Positions 60,150-62,712 of a stretch of 62,712 nucleotides of DNA are shown here, piece by piece. Within the stretch, counting starts at the first letter, position 1. The number at the start of each line of letters is the position of its first letter. The notes under the pieces were generated by a model that was not told where the DNA came from, did no database searches, and saw only the letters and a list, made by a program, of their open reading frames with translations. The position numbers were made by a program, and so were the translations under genes. Source of the stretch: Microgenomates group bacterium Gr01-1014_16 (GTDB taxonomy: Bacteria; Patescibacteriota; Microgenomatia; CAZETR01; Amesbacteraceae); contig VMGA01000003.1 in assembly GCA_007376345.1 (NCBI GenBank), positions 1 to 62,712 of the forward strand. Direction: 5' to 3'.

Positions 60150-60407
60150 TCACATCCCCGATTCCCCCCACCACACTACAGGCCGGATGAATAATGAGTC
60201 TCTTCTAATTAGCCCTCTCCTGAAATCAGGAGAGGGACGAAGGGTGAGGTACAGGGCGGGTGAGGTAAACCCCCAACCTATATCTGCACCCCATACGGCT
60301 CTGTTTTTTGCATAGGAGCCAAATAAATAAGCTTGGGATACGGGAATTTGCTTTTTTACCAACTCCACAAAACGTCTGGCAACTAAAATTGCACTATCAG
60401 TACTCAT
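60150..60407 (-). pseudogene. MNT nucleotidyltransferase remnant truncated after the GS motif by a repeat element
   Basis: AYLFGSYAKNRA, then the translated repeat (60164..60296). The DxD part is absent. Confidence 0.55.
60164..60296 (+). repeat. 133-bp composite repeat, copy B (22-bp motif plus palindromic element E12 plus tail)
   Basis: Nearly identical to 58728..58860. Its right end abuts the MNT remnant 60150..60407. Confidence 0.8.
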
Positions 60408-60421
60408 ATCTTAATTAAAAA

Positions 60422-60659
60422 TTAATAATCTCTAAATTTCCCTGCTTTTCTCATCCATTCTTCCACAAACTTCTGTGACGCTTTTTCGTAAAACTTACGT
60501 TTGTAATCATCGTATCTGGTTGCCGTGTTGAATAAGGTTAACTGAGCGAAAAAACAGAGCGTGGCGATAATGTTGGTTAGACTTGGTCAATTCATTAGCT
60601 AAGTTCCAATTTTCCTGAGCGCTTCCCAACCAAAAATTTACTACTTGATCCCTCTTCAT
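60422..60659 (-). pseudogene. HEPN-domain remnant (frameshift plus internal deletion)
   Basis: MKRDQVVNFWLGSAQENW...HALFF, then a frame change to QLTLFNTATRYDDYKRKFYEKASQKFVEEWMRKAGKFRDY. The central part seen in 59061..59414 is missing. Confidence 0.5.
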
Positions 60660-60819
60660 ATTCCAATTATATCAACCCGAAACCAATCTCTATTCCTCAA
60701 GTCCTGAATTGGCCTCGCCTGCCGACTGTTCCCCATAACTTTCCACGGCTTGCACAGTAAACATCCGCCTCTTCTCGATTTTGGTCGACCACGCTTAAAG
60801 TTCATGTGATAATCATATC

Positions 60820-61599
60820 ATGCGTAATCTCATTCTAAATCGCCTCCAGCAAATCGAAACTGAAGAAAACATTAAGATTCTTTATGCCTGTGAATCCGGT
60901 AGTCGAGCCTGGGGCTTCCCTTCCAGAGACAGTGATTACGACATCCGCTTCATTTATGTTCACCCAATCGATTGGTATTTGTCCATTTTCCCAAAATCTG
61001 ATGTTATCGAATTCCCCCTTCAAGACTCACTCGATTTCAGTGGTTGGGATCTGAAAAAAGCTCTCCAACTTTTTGCCAAATCCAACCCGCCCCTCTACGA
61101 ATGGCTTGGTTCATCCACTATATATCTTGAAAACAATCAGGTTATCCAAGAAATGCGCCGTCTTTCGTCCATCTTCTACTCCAAAACCGCCAGCTTATAC
61201 CATTACCTCCACATGGCTCGCCGCAATTTCCGCCAATATTTACAAGGCGAGCAGGTTTGGGTCAAAAAATATCTTTACGTCTTACGCCCACTTCTGGCTA
61301 TCTTATGGCTAGAGCGAAACCTCGGGATTGCTCCCACCGATTTCAATATTCTCGTCGAAAAATTAGTCACCGACCCTACCCTGAAAGATGCTGTTAATAA
61401 ACTTCTCTCTTCAAAAAAATCCGGAGCCGAACTAGACTCGGGTCCTCGCATCAACGTCATCAGTCAATTTTTAGAGCAAGAACTAAACCGGCTCGAACAC
61501 AAAGTTATCCCCCCCGAAAAGCACGGCCTGCAGTTTGACAAGCTTGATAGGCTTTTCCAGTCCGCAGTGTTAAAATCACCCCATGGATCGGGTTTTTGA
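60820..61599 (+). CDS. RlaP/COG3541-type nucleotidyltransferase
   Basis: YACESGSRAWGFPSRDSDYDIRFIY is the hallmark of this Pol-beta-superfamily NTase family. Confidence 0.7.
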   Translation: MRNLILNRLQQIETEENIKILYACESGSRAWGFPSRDSDYDIRFIYVHPIDWYLSIFPKSDVIEFPLQDSLDFSGWDLKKALQLFAKSNPPLYEWLGSSTIYLENNQVIQEMRRLSSIFYSKTASLYHYLHMARRNFRQYLQGEQVWVKKYLYVLRPLLAILWLERNLGIAPTDFNILVEKLVTDPTLKDAVNKLLSSKKSGAELDSGPRINVISQFLEQELNRLEHKVIPPEKHGLQFDKLDRLFQSAVLKSPHGSGF

Positions 61600-62712
61600 A
61601 CTGATAAAACTTGAGCAAATTCGTCAGGCGGACACTTTGCAAATGATCCCCAGTGAAAATTATGCCAGTTCTGCCGTCCGTCAAGCCATGGGTTCGGTAT
61701 TTGCCAACAAATACGCCGAGGGCTACCCCGGCAAAAGATATTACCAGGGCAACGAAGTCGTCGATGAACTGGAAAGGTTGTGTCAAGAAAGAGCCAAAAC
61801 TCTCTTCGACGTTCCCCACGTCAATGTTCAACCCCTTTCCGGTTCCCCCGCCAACCTAGCCATCTTAAAAGCCCTCAAATCTAATCCTAAAGATATCCAA
61901 TTATCCCAAGCTTTGGAAATGGGGGGCCATTTGTCCATGGGCCAAACAGTCAGCATCACCAGTGAATATATGAACGCTATCCATAATGGCTTAACACCGG
62001 ACGGAGAAATAAACTGGGAAGAATTAGAAAATTTAGCCATAAAACACCATCCCCGTATCATCTGGTCCGGCGGCACGGGTTATACCCGGATTTTTCAATG
62101 GGCCAAATACGCCGAAATCGCCGACCGGGTCGGCGCCTATTTTGTCGCTGATATTTCCCACATTGGCGGACTAGTCGCCGGCGGCGCCCACCCCAGTCCT
62201 GTGCCCTTTGCCCATTTAGTCATGACCACCACCCATAAAACTCTCCGTGGTCCCCGAGGGGCGATGATACTAGTCACCGAAAAAGGTCTGACCAAAGATC
62301 CGCAACTGGCCGCCAAAATCGACAAAGCCGTTTTTCCCGGCGTCCAGGGCGGCCCCCACATGGAAAATATCGCCTCGCTTGCCGTCGCCTTGGCCGAAGC
62401 CCAATTACCCCAATTTGCCCAATATGCCAAACAAATAGTTAAAAATTCCCAATTCCTGGCCCATGAACTAATAACTAATAACTATAAACTCATCGGTAAC
62501 GGCACCCAAAACCACATGCTCTGGATAGACCTGCGCAACCAGAACATCGACGGCTGGACTGTCGCCTGGGGATTGGAATCCGCCGGCATTATCGCCAACC
62601 GCCAAACCGTGCCGGACGAAACTGGCTCGCCTTATTTTCCTTCCGGCCTGCGCATGGGCACCCCCGCTGTCACTACCCGAGGTATGAAAGAAACCGAAAT
62701 GAAAATGATCGC
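61583..62712 (+). CDS. glyA: serine hydroxymethyltransferase (partial, runs off the window end)
   Basis: This frame is not in the ORF track because it has no stop in the window. LQMIPSENY, KYAEGYPGKRYYQG, VQPLSGSPAN, TTTHKTLRGPRG, FPGVQGGPH. Confidence 0.9.
   Translation, partial: MDRVFELIKLEQIRQADTLQMIPSENYASSAVRQAMGSVFANKYAEGYPGKRYYQGNEVVDELERLCQERAKTLFDVPHVNVQPLSGSPANLAILKALKSNPKDIQLSQALEMGGHLSMGQTVSITSEYMNAIHNGLTPDGEINWEELENLAIKHHPRIIWSGGTGYTRIFQWAKYAEIADRVGAYFVADISHIGGLVAGGAHPSPVPFAHLVMTTTHKTLRGPRGAMILVTEKGLTKDPQLAAKIDKAVFPGVQGGPHMENIASLAVALAEAQLPQFAQYAKQIVKNSQFLAHELITNNYKLIGNGTQNHMLWIDLRNQNIDGWTVAWGLESAGIIANRQTVPDETGSPYFPSGLRMGTPAVTTRGMKETEMKMI

Overview
This 62.7-kb window looks like it comes from a small-genome, Patescibacteria/CPR-like bacterium. 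That placement is an inference from several traits: an archaeal-type TIM, a miniaturised PGK, many short secreted or membrane ORFs, a high toxin-antitoxin (TA) density, and arrays of T4SS-pilin-like genes. The top strand is visibly C-rich, and most housekeeping genes are on the minus strand.

Layout, left to right:
- 0-6.3 kb: a sugar-phosphate operon (rpe, phosphatase, gap, pgk, rpiB, SDR, tpiA) interrupted by two TA pairs.
- 6.3-12 kb: envelope and secreted proteins, including a cupredoxin, an S8 protease and a C39-like peptidase.
- 12.0-18.6 kb: tRNA-Asn followed by a visibly AT-richer accessory island. It holds a DUF4145 zinc-ribbon protein, DUF4256, two HTH-GHKL-STAS modules, DUF1059, DUF1801 and a BrnT/BrnA-like pair.
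- 18.6-31 kb: msrA, rpoD, dnaG, an SPFH protein, an RDD protein, DUF4012, four polytopic GT-C-like membrane proteins, NUDIX and two tRNA-Ser genes.
- 31.7-35.6 kb: large Cys-rich secreted proteins, one with an SLT-like domain.
- 35.6-36.7 kb: a tRNA cluster (Arg-CCG, Ser-CGA, Arg-GCG, Ser-GCT) containing an HTH / homing-endonuclease-like ORF.
- 36.7-44.9 kb: MazEF, a split rsmB-like gene, comF, ssrA (tmRNA) convergent with and overlapping smpB, a SpoIID-like protein and DUF3800.
- 45.0-52.4 kb: nine tandem VirB2/TrbC-like pilin paralogues plus a VirB6-like protein, interrupted by three TA cassettes.
- 52.4-56.2 kb: an orphan four-gene operon built around an 891-aa protein with no domain I can recognise.
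- 56.4-60.7 kb: a TA island (HigBA-like, RelE-like, three HEPN/MNT pairs in different states of decay) embedded in repeated non-coding modules.
- 60.8 kb to the end: an RlaP-type nucleotidyltransferase and a partial glyA.

Several short repeat families run through the whole window, always with the same polarity on the + strand. One is a palindromic SD/anti-SD hairpin element (12 copies, 4 in-frame inside genes). The others are heptanucleotide tandem tracts (TTGAACA, TGGGATT and TTACACT types) that sit in-frame inside conserved genes.

All calls come from reading the translations and sequence by eye. No database search or computation was run.
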